Assembly: GCA_038496445.1 (NCBI GenBank)
Contig: JALMLS010000199.1
Span: 1-64,000 of the forward strand
Length of the DNA: 64,000 nt
Origin: Trichosphaerium sp. ATCC 40318
Lineage: Eukaryota; Protista; Tubulinea
Direction of reading: 5' to 3'
This document shows positions 35,373-48,185 of this stretch, piece after piece. A model generated the notes under the pieces. It searched no databases and was not told the origin of the DNA. It was given only the letters and a program-made list of their open reading frames with translations. A program made the position numbers and the translations under genes. How positions within the stretch are numbered: the stretch's first letter is position 1; every line of letters starts with the position of its first letter.

Positions 35373-38300
35373 CTACTCCACAGTAAAGGTCGTCTGTTCG
35401 CTATAAAAAAAAGAAACAACAGTCAGTCGAGAAGAAACAAAAAAAAATCACGTGATTTTTATAAGACGGTACGTACAACGAATGTGTAGTTTCTTTCTTT
35501 TTTAGTTGCTGAGTTTACTATTGCTATGTGATTGCAATTTTCTAAAGCATCTAAAATATCATTTTCCTAAAAGAATTGCCGGTAAGCTTCGATGAACAAC
35601 TTCATTATTTTTCGTACTTCTTTCCAGGTTGCAACAAATGATGCAATATGTTTTTCTAGTATATCACGATCGTTTGGACCAATTGCATTAACAACACGCT
35701 TAGTGACAGCCTATTTATAAGTTAATGGTTGAGTGGGAGCACAAACGTGACAAGTCCAAAGAAAAAAGAAAAGACTTGATCAAAGGGTAAAAAAGTCATA
35801 ATTGTAATGTTTCTTCCTTTTGGCTTACCTTTATTGTGCCCCGAGAATTAATGACAATCATAGGAGTCGACTCTTTTAGTAATGAACTGAATGTACTTCC
35901 CCAGTCAACTTCCTTGAACAAAAAGACATATTCCTTTTCTTTGTTAAAAACTTTTTCTGCCATTGTTATATCCACTAGTTTCTCTCTACCATTCTACGCA
36001 CCAAGTGAGATTTACGATTTTTTGAATATAATGAACGCATTGTTAAGACAGTATAGTATATTGTTAAGACAGTATAGTATCGACGTACATGACAGATAAC
36101 TTCATCACGGAATGTCAATGAATTCTTTCCTGATGAAAAAAATACATCATCTAAATTTTCTGGTAATTTCTCAAACTCTTTGTTGTTAACCAAAATCTTT
36201 GTTATACATCCTTGGAACAGATTCGACGCTATTATCCAAAGTTAATCACTTCATAAATAAAATAATATGTTTGGTAAGTACTTTTATATCCAAGGAACGA
36301 ATGAGCCTAATAGAAAATGTCAAGAGCTGCCAAAAAGTTCTTGGGGTAATACCTTTTTGTTTAAGAATTGAACTTTTCCATCCAAGGTTGTAATTAGTAA
36401 AGGGGTGCTTATTTTATCCACGTGATAATCTGGTGGCTCTTTCTTCCCTTCAACCATAACTTTACCGCTTTCATCACTAACATGTCTCAGCATTTCCGTA
36501 ACATCAGCTACGCCTTCAACCACTAAAAAAAAAATCAACACGTGTTTTGAAATAAATCGTTTATATATCTTACCTCGTAATGCTCCGCTACCGTCAGTGA
36601 ATTTTATTTGATTATCATCACTACTTAGTATTTGACGGAAAATGGAATGCGCGTTTTTCTTATCTACTTGTAGAGTAGAAGTGCCTTGCCTATAAAAAAA
36701 CAAGTCAATTTAACTCTCTGTTTTTGGCTATGATTCGCCAATGCCTTACATTGAAATTGCTCCGTTTGTACTCTTACGATCATCTGTATTCTGTTTAGGC
36801 TCCTTAGTAGTCTTACAAGGTAGCACTAGTGTTAAAACTAAGTTTCCAGGGTTGCCCATATTCCATTGAATTTTTCCACTCAAAGCATCCAATAGCGATC
36901 GCACTAACGCACTGGTTAATAAACTATTTTGGATATAAAGTGCACTCACAAGCATGAAGCGCAGCAAATGACCCCCTTCCTATAGGCTTATTTGCTTTCC
37001 GAGGCTCATCTTGAGCACGTGGAACGAAGTCAGTAATTTGAAGTTTAAGAGTGTTTTGCCTTGAGTAAAGATGTTAATATCAGGCTTGAGAGTTTAGTAC
37101 AGCCACGTACATTAACCACGGTGTTACAAGTATTTGAGTTGAGTTTGCATATTCCAGCAAACTCCACATTGCAACAACTAAGAGTAGTTTAAAGTTATCC
37201 GAATTACCAATAACAATGCTATGTTTTTGTCTAAAGAAACAACATTAGACAAGGCGCTTGATAGAACAAAAAAAGTACTTACTTCGGATAGTATGCAGTA
37301 ACAACTGTTCCTGCTCTCGCCAAGTGTTTGATGAGTTCGATTGATGAGTTGACAAGCTTATTTAGACGTGTAGGTTTTGGTGCAGTTGAACCCTTTATGC
37401 CTTTACTAGACAAGCTCCCGAGTAATTGAGTCATCAATGTTACCATTTGTTTTGAAACTACAAAATAAAACCATCAAAATCACGTGATAAAATCTATTAA
37501 AGACGAGAAAAAAGTGAGTTTTCATCTTTTTTTTCGTACTTGTTTTTCCTCTGTTATCGAGCACTTTCTTTTCTATTGTTTTACTCATAGCATGTGTCAT
37601 TTCTATTAGTTTTTCACGCGCTTTTGACATACGCATCTCTTCTCTCTAATGAGAAAAAGTCAGTTGTTTTTGTTCTTTTTTTTGATATATGTCCCTGTAA
37701 TAACATAAATTTTCTGAGCAACTGTTGTTGATTCTGCGACAATGCAAAATAAGCTCAAAATATTCATTTCATTTACATAGTATTAAAATAGGTTCATTCA
37801 AACACTTACCATGTCTTTTCCTCCACTTTGACGTCTCTTTTGATGAGATGGTTCTGGCACATGTTCTTCAGTTAACTCAACAGACTTGAGATGCATTTCT
37901 AAAGCAATCAGTAACGCATTAAAACAAAAAGTTGACCGCATTGGACACTGTCTAGTATGTCCTGAATCAACTTACCGTCAACTGTTAGTATAGTGCGCTT
38001 GTGCTTTATTTCTCTTAAGAACTCTAGGATATCATTCCTTGGTTTTATATCGTACAAAATTCTGTTTTGCATAATAAGTATTGAACCCATATAAAAATAG
38101 TTTTAGTTGTACCTCTGAGAATCTACTAGCAACTTGAAATTACGAGCTAATTCACGCATTTTAGTCCAATTCACATATTGCTTTTCCTTGTCCATGAATG
38201 TTGGAGCCTCCTCAGCATGAAAGCAATCGTGAAACAGCAAATCTGTTGAGAGAGAAAAAAGTAAGCAAACAGGCTGAGTATTACATCTGTGAAGTGCATC

Positions 38301-40622
38301 ACTTACCTAGAGCAGGAACACAAGGACCAGCACGTTTACGTTTCCATGCTGTACGATATCCTTTACTATTCTGTCTTGGGTCTATTATAGTCTCTAGTTT
38401 TTGATACATTTGCATCACCTGGCTCGGTACGCTTCGCCATTCTTTCTCAAGACGTTGAACGTTCGATACACTCAATGCACTGTATACTTGACGCATACCA
38501 TAAAAGTTATTCAAGTCCCTTAGTCTCTAATAAGGGTGTTATTTGGAGAAAGAGAAAAAAAAAGGAAGATAAAAAAAGCCTATTTTTAGTCTTGTCATCT
38601 CGTGCTTGCGCTTTAACAATTACTAAAAAAATTACTTGCCTGTAGAACATTAATAAATGCTACAATCAAACCCACACGAGCTTTTTTCGTTGGCGCTAGC
38701 AAAATCTCGCTTGAAATCCAATAGGTCATCTAATAAAAACACGTGTTAATTCAAAAAACAAAAGAATGAACGAAACATGTCAAGCAGGAGTTTTTGTGAA
38801 CAGTTAATGATGTTCACCTCACGGTATAGAATATAAAAATTATGTAAAACTGAACACGTGGTTTGCTTGGTTCCTAGAGGAAGGAAAAAGTCTTACGTTG
38901 TTGGAGTGTTCAACAGCTAATGTTGTAGTTTTCTTTGCATGTCCTTCATCTCTGTATCTCCCCTCAAATAGGTCGTCTAGTGATATGAGACAAATGAAAT
39001 CATGATCCAGAATTGTCATCTGATTCGCTAGTTCCATTGGGTCGTAATCGCATATCTTGAAACGCTTAGTCGAGGTTAATGTAATTTTGTGTTTTGGCTG
39101 CTTAGTAAAACTATTGAAAAAGAAAAAAGAAGAATGTCAGGACAAGACATTACGCTATGGTACAGAAGAAAACTCTCTACTTTGTCTTGAAAGTAGTGAA
39201 TGGATTCGTTCACTTGTGTCTTGTCCAGGCATACTTAAAAGCCTACATTTTCTCCGCGATGTCTCACGTTGAATGGTACACGAGCAGAACTGCGTTTGCT
39301 CTTTGTGTCAGTTGGCGTATCAAGTTCGTTGCTCTTCCTCGGAGGTGATGGGTTCTAAAAAGTTTATAAGACAAAATTTAGTGCAACAATAAAATAAAAA
39401 TTATCACGTGATTTTTTGTGTAACGTCAAAATAAGAAAAGACAGAAAAAGTAGAAAAAAATATTCTGAAATTGTATTTTGAAAAGTTGCTTACCATTTTC
39501 GATGTTATTATCTTTACAAACGGCGCACCATGCACATCCGTCTCTAAGAACTCCAAAAATTTATCAAGGATGTCTTGCCATTCAGTAATATGTTTAAGCG
39601 TTTGGTAGCGATACTCAAGAAGAGTAACAAGCACATTAATAACTCTGTATATAAAAATAAGGAAAGAACAAATTAATTATTGTAATACAAAGAATATAAA
39701 GAATGTGTACCTCACTCGTGCTACCTTTTGGTCTCTCTCAAACGTTATACTAGTTTTAGACAATGTAGGTGTCTGTTTATAACAGGTATTTGTCAAGGAA
39801 CATAAAAAATAAAGCAAAAAGTATGGAATAAAACTTCCACGCCTTATTCTTCTTGTACGACAAAATTATGATAGTACATACGCGTTTGCGCTTGCACTGC
39901 GCAGTATACAAATAGTTTTTAATAAAATGTTTCAAAAAGAATATTGGCGCTTTTGCAGTTTAGGGCGTAAGGATACTTCTTGATTAGGAGGCGTAGACAC
40001 TTTATAGGAGTTATGTAGTAGTCAAGAGTTAAAACAAATGTTTCTCTTGTTTCTTTATCTATAAAGGAGAAAATAAGTAAAGAGCTTCATGTTGTCTTTT
40101 AAAAACATAAAAAAATACATAGTGTTCGCTTATAAACTATCCACGTGATGCGAAACGACAGTTTCTATAAAAATACAAAAAAAAAAGAGACAGAAAAAAC
40201 TCTAAAGATGATTCTCTTACGTAACAACTCAAATACCTTTGTAGAAATAGAGTTGTTTTGAAAAGTAATCATATAATTATATTTGCCTGTTGTTTAAAAC
40301 AATGTTACGTACCTGCGTCTCCTTTAACACGAACAAGTGTCTTTACCATACCAGGTACAGTAGCTTTTGTAATACAACGCTTCATTTGAAAAGCCGTAGC
40401 GGTGCTATATTCAACTTCAGAAGCAGCACCGGAGCCTGAATCTGAAGCTCCATCCATTGTGTCGACTGATCTTCTCCTTCTCTTGCTGCGTGTTGGGTAA
40501 TTTTGAAGGTTGCTGGTGGATTTTTTTCTTGAAGCGACTCTTTGCTCCTTTTTACTTGGTAAACTCTCCAGTGAGCGATTTGTATGGAGCCTAGAAGTAC
40601 TCCGTGAGCCACCCTCCGACAT
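35373..40622 (-). CDS. RasGEF (REM + CDC25 domain) with long uncharacterised C-terminal region
   Basis: ITKATVPGMVKTL, TFVLTLDYYITPIKCLRLLI, DPMELANQMTILDH, LNNFYGMRQVYSALSVSNVQRLEKEW, NSKGYR, PCVPALG, YVNWTKMR. 3' end approximate. Confidence 0.85.
36039..36080. repeat. 21-bp tandem duplication within the RasGEF locus (probably intronic)
   Basis: attgttaagacagtatagtat x2. Confidence 0.85.
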
Positions 40623-41002
40623 CTACGTGCGCTCAAAGACCTCTAGAGAAAAATGACGTAAAATGTGAAACTGCACAAAGAAAAAAAGAAGCACAAAAAA
40701 TTCCTGTTGAGGAGCATTGGCAACTCTACTGCTTTTATTTTTTGAGTAGTACCTGTTTCTGTAGTGGGCGAAAATAGGAGTATGTGACACTTTAAAACAA
40801 AAGTCCTAAAGTCTGCGTGTGGGACTACCTTAGCCTTGTTAGTATTTTTATTCTATGCGCATGAGATATACGCAACCGCCTAGTGCTTTAGTTCAAGATT
40901 ATTAGGCGGCTCAGTGACGTGTAGCTTAACCCTTTGTTGCTTTAAGTTAGGCTCTCTGTTGTACAACTTTGTTTCGACAAAACTAAACGTGTTGATGATT
41001 GA

Positions 41003-44000
41003 ATGACCGAAACAAACCTAAACATTCGTGCAAAAGTACTCTACAAGTTCGACGCGCAAAATGAAGAAGAGTTAAACTTGGCAGAAGGTGATATTATCGT
41101 TATTAGTGAAAAACACGACGATGGGTGGTGGATAGGAACATTTAAGGGCACTTTGGGATACTTTCCGGGTAGTTATGTCGAGGAGCTGCCTGAAAAGGCT
41201 CCTGTTGAGGCTGTGAGGAAGCCTCCAACGAAGAAAGCACCGAAAGCTCCAACAGGTATACACTCATCGTTCTACACTCGATACTCACAATGTTGCTCTA
41301 TTTCAGCTTTGAAAGCCACAAGCAATGACAGCGCTACAAAACCGTTATCAAAGCGTCACACAACGAACAGTATAGCTGCTGAGGAAGTAAAGCCAAAACC
41401 CAACCCTAAACCCAAGCTACGAACAGCAGTAAGCGCGCGGTTTCCAAAAGGCAAACCTTTACCCAAAACGCCACCGAAGCCAGCAAAACTCAACTCTAGA
41501 AAGTCCACTAGCCCCTCAAGGATAAGACGCACTACAAGCACCCAGTCAATCCCAGGTACGCCTTAAAAATAAAAATCCGCTAGATAAACACTCTAAACAC
41601 TCTACTACGCCTTTAAATGACTACGTTATTGATATCAACCTCGTAGTTATTTTTTCCGTGTAAGTTTAGAGTCTCGAATGCAATTTTTTTATTTTTCTTC
41701 ACCAACGACCCTCTTAACCCTTTTGTTGTAGTGAAACTAGTGCGTAAAACGCAAGCAAAGAAACCAAAAAAAAGTACAGATAGTTCAAAGCCAAGAAAGC
41801 TGCCTGCTGACTGGGGTACGTATTTTTTTTCTGTTTTCTAGAGACTAGTTTATTTTGCTGTTATTTTTTTTTGTGGAATAAGGTGAAAGACGGACACATA
41901 ATCGGTTGTGACAGATTTTTATTTTATTCTTCATTTTTTTTTTTTGTTGTTTCAGATGTCATGTCGTCTGTTGTGAAGTAACCTCGGTTTTTTAGAGAAA
42001 AAGAGAGCTTATACTGCCAAAGAGATATTGGATACTGAAAATAATTATATTAAATCGCTTATGATGGCTGTTAATGTGCGTTTTGATTGATTTACTAAAA
42101 TATACAAAAATATTCATCCAGACGCAGAAAAAAACGCCAAAGCAACTTTTGGTCAACTGTTGCGACTATTTGTTTTCCCTCGTGCACGAATATTCATATG
42201 TCTCATATTTATTATAGAATTTCTACGAGCCGATAGCAAAAGCAGCGATTACAGACTCTAAAATTCCAATCAAGGATATTAATGTCATATTCTCTGATTT
42301 ACGTCAGATTTTACCTCTCAACTCTGATTTAGCCAAGCGTAAGTAACACCTTTGTAACCAGTTGTTTCCTTGTTTTTGTAGCGAGACTTTTTAATTAATT
42401 AAATGGCATGTAGAATTAAAGGTTAGAATGAAGAGTTGGACTAGTCAGGCTCGTATTGGTGATATTTTCGTAAAATTTGTACGCGTATTTAAAAACATTT
42501 TCTTGTGTTATCTATTTTTTATTTGGTTTCCAAAAATAGCAACTAATTTCGGCACTTTTTACATTTTTTTTTTCGCCTTCTGTTTGTATAAAGTCACGTA
42601 GCTTAGTATTTTTTGAAATATTGTTGTTTAAGTGCTGGCTTGGTTAACGTTTTACAAAGGCACCATTTTTAAAGATGTATACAAACTTTGGTAACAACTA
42701 TGATGCTGCCTTGGAGCTTTTGGGTCGTATTAAAGAAGAGAGGTGGTTCACGTCTTTATGTGGAATTAATGGTGCTCGTGATCTTGAGGCTTTGTTGATT
42801 ACACCTATACAAAGGATACCTCGTTATAATCTATTGATAAGTGTAAGTGTAATTCTTTTTTTTGACAATGTTTTTGAATTCATTTCAGCTCTTGAAGGGT
42901 ATCTTAAAGAAATTTAATTGGCCTTTAGGATATGATCAAGCTTACACCGGATGATCACCCTGATTTTGAAGATCTTACAAAAGCGTTGCAGACAACAGTG
43001 CGTTGATTTATTGGTTTTTTTTAATTTGATGAAGTTTTCTGGTTTTATTAATACAAAAGCGTAGCAAGAGGTGTCTCAACATATTAATGATTCTATAAAA
43101 TATTCAAAAAATACAGATAAACTAGCAGAAGCTGGACTCGGTGTACGTAATTCGCTAAATTTATTTTTTGTACGTTAATTTGTTTTTTGCTTTAGGAACT
43201 TATGGCACCTGCACGTGAACTTATCAGAGATGGTAGCTTGAATGTGCATTCAGATGAAAATGCTGGTAAAAAGAAAATAGGTATCATGCCTATAAAGAGA
43301 TCAAGAGCATTGCGTCTGTACGACATGAATTTTTTTTATTTTTACTAGTAAAATTTCTTTGAACCTAACACTGTCTTTAGAAATCACTTCCTATTGTTTA
43401 ATGATGTATTATCTATTGTCGATGAACCATTAGATAGTAGGATAAGGCGTTATAAGAAAGCTGATAGCAAGAAGAAGTTGAGTAAGCCAATTAATTGGCC
43501 TCTCTACCTCGTTTGGTTAAAAAATATTTGTATCCACTTTTTCACTGTTTTTTTTACCTTTTAATTTGTATTACCTTGACGACATTAAAGCAACATCAAG
43601 CTTTGAGTTGATTGGTCCAAACAAATCTGTTATAGTATACCCTGCAACAGCTACTGAAAAAGCTGCGTGGTGGGACTCTTTAAAGGAGTACATAGGTTCG
43701 TCGTTTTAACACATTCATAAGTATTTTATTAAGATTTTTTTTTATAGAAGCTGCTGTCCGCCTTCTTCCTGAACAGGAAGGTGCACCACAAGAAAATCGT
43801 GCTGAAAAATTAATGGCTCGTTATGGTAAGTATGAGTTTGCTACAGGAGAAGAGTACGAAGGATGGTGGTATCAAGGAAGGGTATGTTGTCGTTATGTAT
43901 TTTATTATATGGTTTCAGCTTGGTTAATTAAATTCGCTGTTTTTAGATGCATGGAGAGGGTATATTCACATCGTTTGGAAGTGTTTATGAAGGACAGTTT

Positions 44001-45328
44001 GAGAATAATAATAAATCAGGCATTGGATTGTTAACTTATACATCTGGCCAACAATATGATGGTAAGAGCTTTAGTAGTAGTCTTGGTTTGATAGTATTTG
44101 ATTGACTTTACTTCTAGGTGAGTGGAAGAACGGTAGACCACATGGTGTTGGTGCTATGTTGTTTGCACAAGGTGTTGAGTACTCTGGTGATTGGAAAGAA
44201 GGCAAACAATGTGGACATGGTGTTATGAAGTATGCCAATGGAGATGTATATGATGGTTCTTGGAAACTTGGTCAGCCTGATGGAAAAGGACACTTGAAAA
44301 TGACTAATGGATTCACTTATTTTGGTGATTTCGTTAATGGAGAAGTAAGAAATCAATTTGTGCCCACACAAAAAAGTTGTTCTGATGACGTTTTTGTTTT
44401 AAGTTTGAAGGAAATGGTACTGCTGTACGGCCTGACGGTTATACATATGCTGGGGACTTTGAAAAAGGTGTAGAGTCTGGAAAGGGTGTAGCCACGTACA
44501 CGACAGGAAAGTATACTGGTGATTTCAAAGAAGGAAAAGTACGTTTAAACGGTTTTTTTTTTTAGGTAAAGTACTCTCTGTTAATAACTTTTTTTAGCGC
44601 CACGGTCGAGGAATATGGGAAGGAAATGATAACTCACATTATGAAGGTGAATGGCGTGATGATATGAAAGAGGGTAGTGGATCTCTTACCAATGAAGATG
44701 GTAACACATACACTGGCATGTGGAGGTCAGGAAAGGTACTTTAGTTAGCTCCTTCTTTTTTTACTTCCCTTTTGTGTTTACGTTTTTTTTCTTTAGTTCT
44801 CTGGTCCTGGAACGTGGGAGTCTAAGACTGAGTTCTTATGTCATTATGATGGACACTTTGAAGATGGCTGTAGAGACGGAAAAGGCGTTGCTACGATGTC
44901 TAATGGAGATGTTTATGATGGAGAGTTTAAACTTGGAGTGTTTCACGGTCAGGGTATTTATACTTTTTCAAATGGTACCGTTATTGAAGGAAAGTGGAGT
45001 CAAGGTGTCAGGTATGAAAATAACAAAGATTCACAAATTGAGTTGGGTTTTTAAGTCAAAAAAAAATCACGTGACATGTTTCATTGTGTTGTTTTTTTTT
45101 TCTTTTTTTTTTTTTTTTGCACTGAAAAAAAGTGCGTTTGGGAGTTCCATTACTGTCATTCTCGCTTGGTATTTTTTGGCTTATGGGTTTGCTTGTAGGG
45201 AAGGAAAGTGTGTTGTTAAAAATAGTGATGGAAAGTCTCTTGTTATAGAAGCCAGTTATGAAGAACAAATTGGAACTTTTTATTGTCCACCATTTAATCC
45301 TCCTGTTTTCCAGTTTCCTTGGCCTTAA
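41003..45328 (+). CDS. SH3-RhoGEF(DH)-PH-MORN repeat protein (alsin-like architecture)
   Basis: SH3 (AKVLYKFDAQNEEELNL...GWWIG...GYFPGSYV), Pro-rich linker, DH (EILDTENNYIKSL, LLITPIQRIPRYNLL, TPDDHPD), PH, classical MORN repeats (YxGxWxxGxxxGxG). Confidence 0.9.
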
Positions 45329-46205
45329 GGAATTAGGAAAAAAAAAATGACATAAATGCATAGTGTACTTGTGTAAAGAATTTAATTAATTTGTAAATAA
45401 ACCCTTTGTCTTTGTCATACGTTTTAAGACAGCAAATATAAAAAAGGATAAAAACTATCATGTCAAAACATTATTACTACATAGCACTGGAACAAGTGGC
45501 CGCCACTTTAGTGTGGCATGCATGGAATGATGTAGGAACAGCAATAATGTAATAGCAAACTCATGAATGTGGCGTCAGGTCGGTGTAGCGTCACAATAGT
45601 TGTTGCTGATGGGTGCAATCAAAAAATATAATGTAAGGTTAGTAGCGCATCACCAATATCATATTGATGCTGTAGTTTTAAGCGGAGAAAGGCGATTGCT
45701 TTGGCAACTCTTACACTGTTTAAAGTTTTACAAATCGAATTAAAACACGTGATTTTTGAAATTCAAAAAAAAGCGGACGAAGGGTTTTACCAACCAAGGC
45801 CAATACTGTCTAGACAAGTATTTTAATGAATGAAGGTAGAATACTATTTAAATAAATATTTAAAGGAAAAATCTGGATTGTTGATGAAGCACGTGTTTGT
45901 AAATTTTCAATCAAAATAACGGCTTGCGGATGGACCTGATGCAGGAGTTGGTGTTTTTATCAGAAAGCTACTTTTGACATCACTTCGTTAAGCAATCCTT
46001 TTTGTTAGTTTAATTCAACCGTGATATTTACAAAGCCATGTTATTTTACTGTAGGAACAAACCATTTACCACTTTTTTTTATTATTCTGTCTTTAAGAAT
46101 TTACAGCTGTTGCTGTTTGTATGTTAAACAGAGTTGCAGTTAAATACTATCAAACCTACTGAGTGAATAGTCACAACCTTCACTGTAATCAATCAGTTTA
46201 CTTTT

Positions 46206-47620
46206 TTACCTCACCATCACATACATATGCTCTTTGACAAGTTTTCCGCCGCTTTGCCATTCTTTGAACTTGCCATGTTTTTTATTTTCAACAACAAAAT
46301 AGCATTGATATTTTAGCTGTCCATTAGCATGCCACCTTTTATACTCACCATTCTTCTTGCCATTAACATAAAAAGTCTGCATCTCAAGTTGTCCATTCTC
46401 ATACCAACTGCTATACTTTCCGTCATAATGCACCATTTATGAATCCAAAGTTGTCCATCGTCATACCATTGCTTATACTCACCATTTTGTGTACCATTGA
46501 TGTACCGTGTATGTGCACAAAGTTGTCCATTGCTGTGCCATCTTTTGAATTCTCCAATGATTTTACCTTCAACATACCAGCATTGCGTAGCAAGTTGTCC
46601 ATTGTCATGCCAAGTTTTGAACTCACCACATCTCTTACCATTAATATTATTGTACCGGCATCGTAATTGTCCATTGTCATGCCACTTCTTATACTTGCCA
46701 TTCTTCTTGTCATCGATATACCAAATTTTCTCTTTAAGCTGTCCATTTCTATACCACTCTTTATAAGCATGTTTCTTACCACCACGATTATTGTAATACC
46801 AACAGTGTATCAAAGGCTGCCCATTATCATACCATGTTTTAAACTCACCATCCTTTTTACCATTTACATACACACATTGCAGTTTAAGGTGCCCATTCTC
46901 GTGCCATTTCTTGTTGTCACCATGCTCTTTATTCTGAACAAACCACTTGTGACTTTTAATTTGTCCATCATACCAGCTTTGAAATTCACCGTTCACTTTG
47001 TCATCAGCATTCCAATATTGCATGTTAAATTGTCCATTTTTATGCCACTTTTTGTACTCACCTTCATTTTTACCCTCAACACACCGACAATGTATGTCAA
47101 GTTGTCCATTTTCATACCATTGTTTGTACTCACCATTTAATAGACCATTAGCATACCAACAATGTATTTCAAGTTGCCCGTTTTCATACCACTCTTTGTA
47201 TTCACCATCATCTTTTCCATCAACAAACCAACAATGCTTTGCAAGTTGCCCGTCTTCATACCACTGCGTGAACTCACCTTCTTGTTTACCATCAATATAC
47301 CAAGTGAGCACCTCAGGTTGTCCGTTTTCATGCCACTCTTTGTACTCACCATTTGTCTTGCCATCAACAAGATTGTGTTTGCACTGTAAGTTATTACTGC
47401 AAGTATACCATTCCATCCAAGTACCATGTTTCTCAAGTTTATGATTGTAGTGAGTGTTGATTGCAGCACGTTTTGATAGTTTATGGAATTTGCAAAATAA
47501 TTCCTTATCAAATGTGCATATATAACGTTGAATGTCACAAGGGATATCCAGCAAATAAGTTGGGTTGTAATCCCAGAAATATACTCCAGGCTTTGATGGC
47601 ATTAAAGTTTGTGTGGACAT
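46206..47620 (-). pseudogene. F-box-like + ~17 MORN-variant repeats, intronless, late frameshift
   Basis: YLLDIPCDIQRYICTF...LSKRAAINTHY, then 24-aa repeats GEYKEWYENGQL. A deletion near 46430 moves the last repeats into ORF 46206..46436. A truncated product may still be made. Confidence 0.75.
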
Positions 47621-47699
47621 ATCTAAAACTCATCAATATTACGAGATACTGAATGTACGACAAAAAAAAAGCCTAAGAAATGAGCACCGATATTGACCT

Positions 47700-48025
47700 A
47701 GATTTACTTAAAATTGGTTTCAGGGTATATGATTTCTAAATCATCAAACATTTCGTTGATTGGAAGCGTATTGATTCCTCTATTAAGAATGATTGTAAAC
47801 GTTGCGTGTTACTGATGCTGTGGTTATTAGAGTTGAAGTCGGAAGCGTGGTTGGAGGTAGAGTTGTTGGCATTAAAGTGAATGAGAAAACACCAGATGAA
47901 TCAATGTAAAAGATGATATTAGAAGTATTATCAACATACTAACTCTCTCTAGTTTGTACGTTTATTCACTCGGCGGTTCCTTGTTTATTCATTGCAACTG
48001 TATTGTTGGTGAAAAGGGTCTCCTA
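47700..48025 (-). pseudogene. Relic of another Pro/Thr-stalk surface protein gene
   Basis: Minus strand reads ...NIIFYIDSSGVFSFTLMPTTLPPTTLPTSTLITTASV... flanked by stops. No intact ORF. Confidence 0.4.
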
Positions 48026-48185
48026 AACACTGTGCCACTGTCCTAGTCGAAATTAAACTGCAAGTGCTTACAAATTTGGCGTTTATTTCCACGTGGAATT
48101 CAGGTGAAAATGTGAATTTGGCCTTCAAGCTACAGCTTTCGTCAAAGTTAGTCTTTTAGCGTTTGCAAGCAAGCAACGGGTAATA

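Noticed and set aside
35560-35710. Macro-domain-like KRVVNAIGP motif at the RasGEF C-terminus
   Set aside because: Single short motif; the other macro motifs were not found. Needs an HMM or structure search.
46206-47620. Diversity-generating retroelement or CRISPR-like array explaining the variable repeats
   Set aside because: No reverse transcriptase, template repeat or cas genes in the window. Repeats are in-frame 72-bp protein units.
46423-47652. Many overlapping ORFs around the MORN-variant genes (also ~17.7-18.4 kb and ~33.1-33.5 kb)
   Set aside because: Alternate-frame and antisense products of stop-poor repetitive coding sequence.
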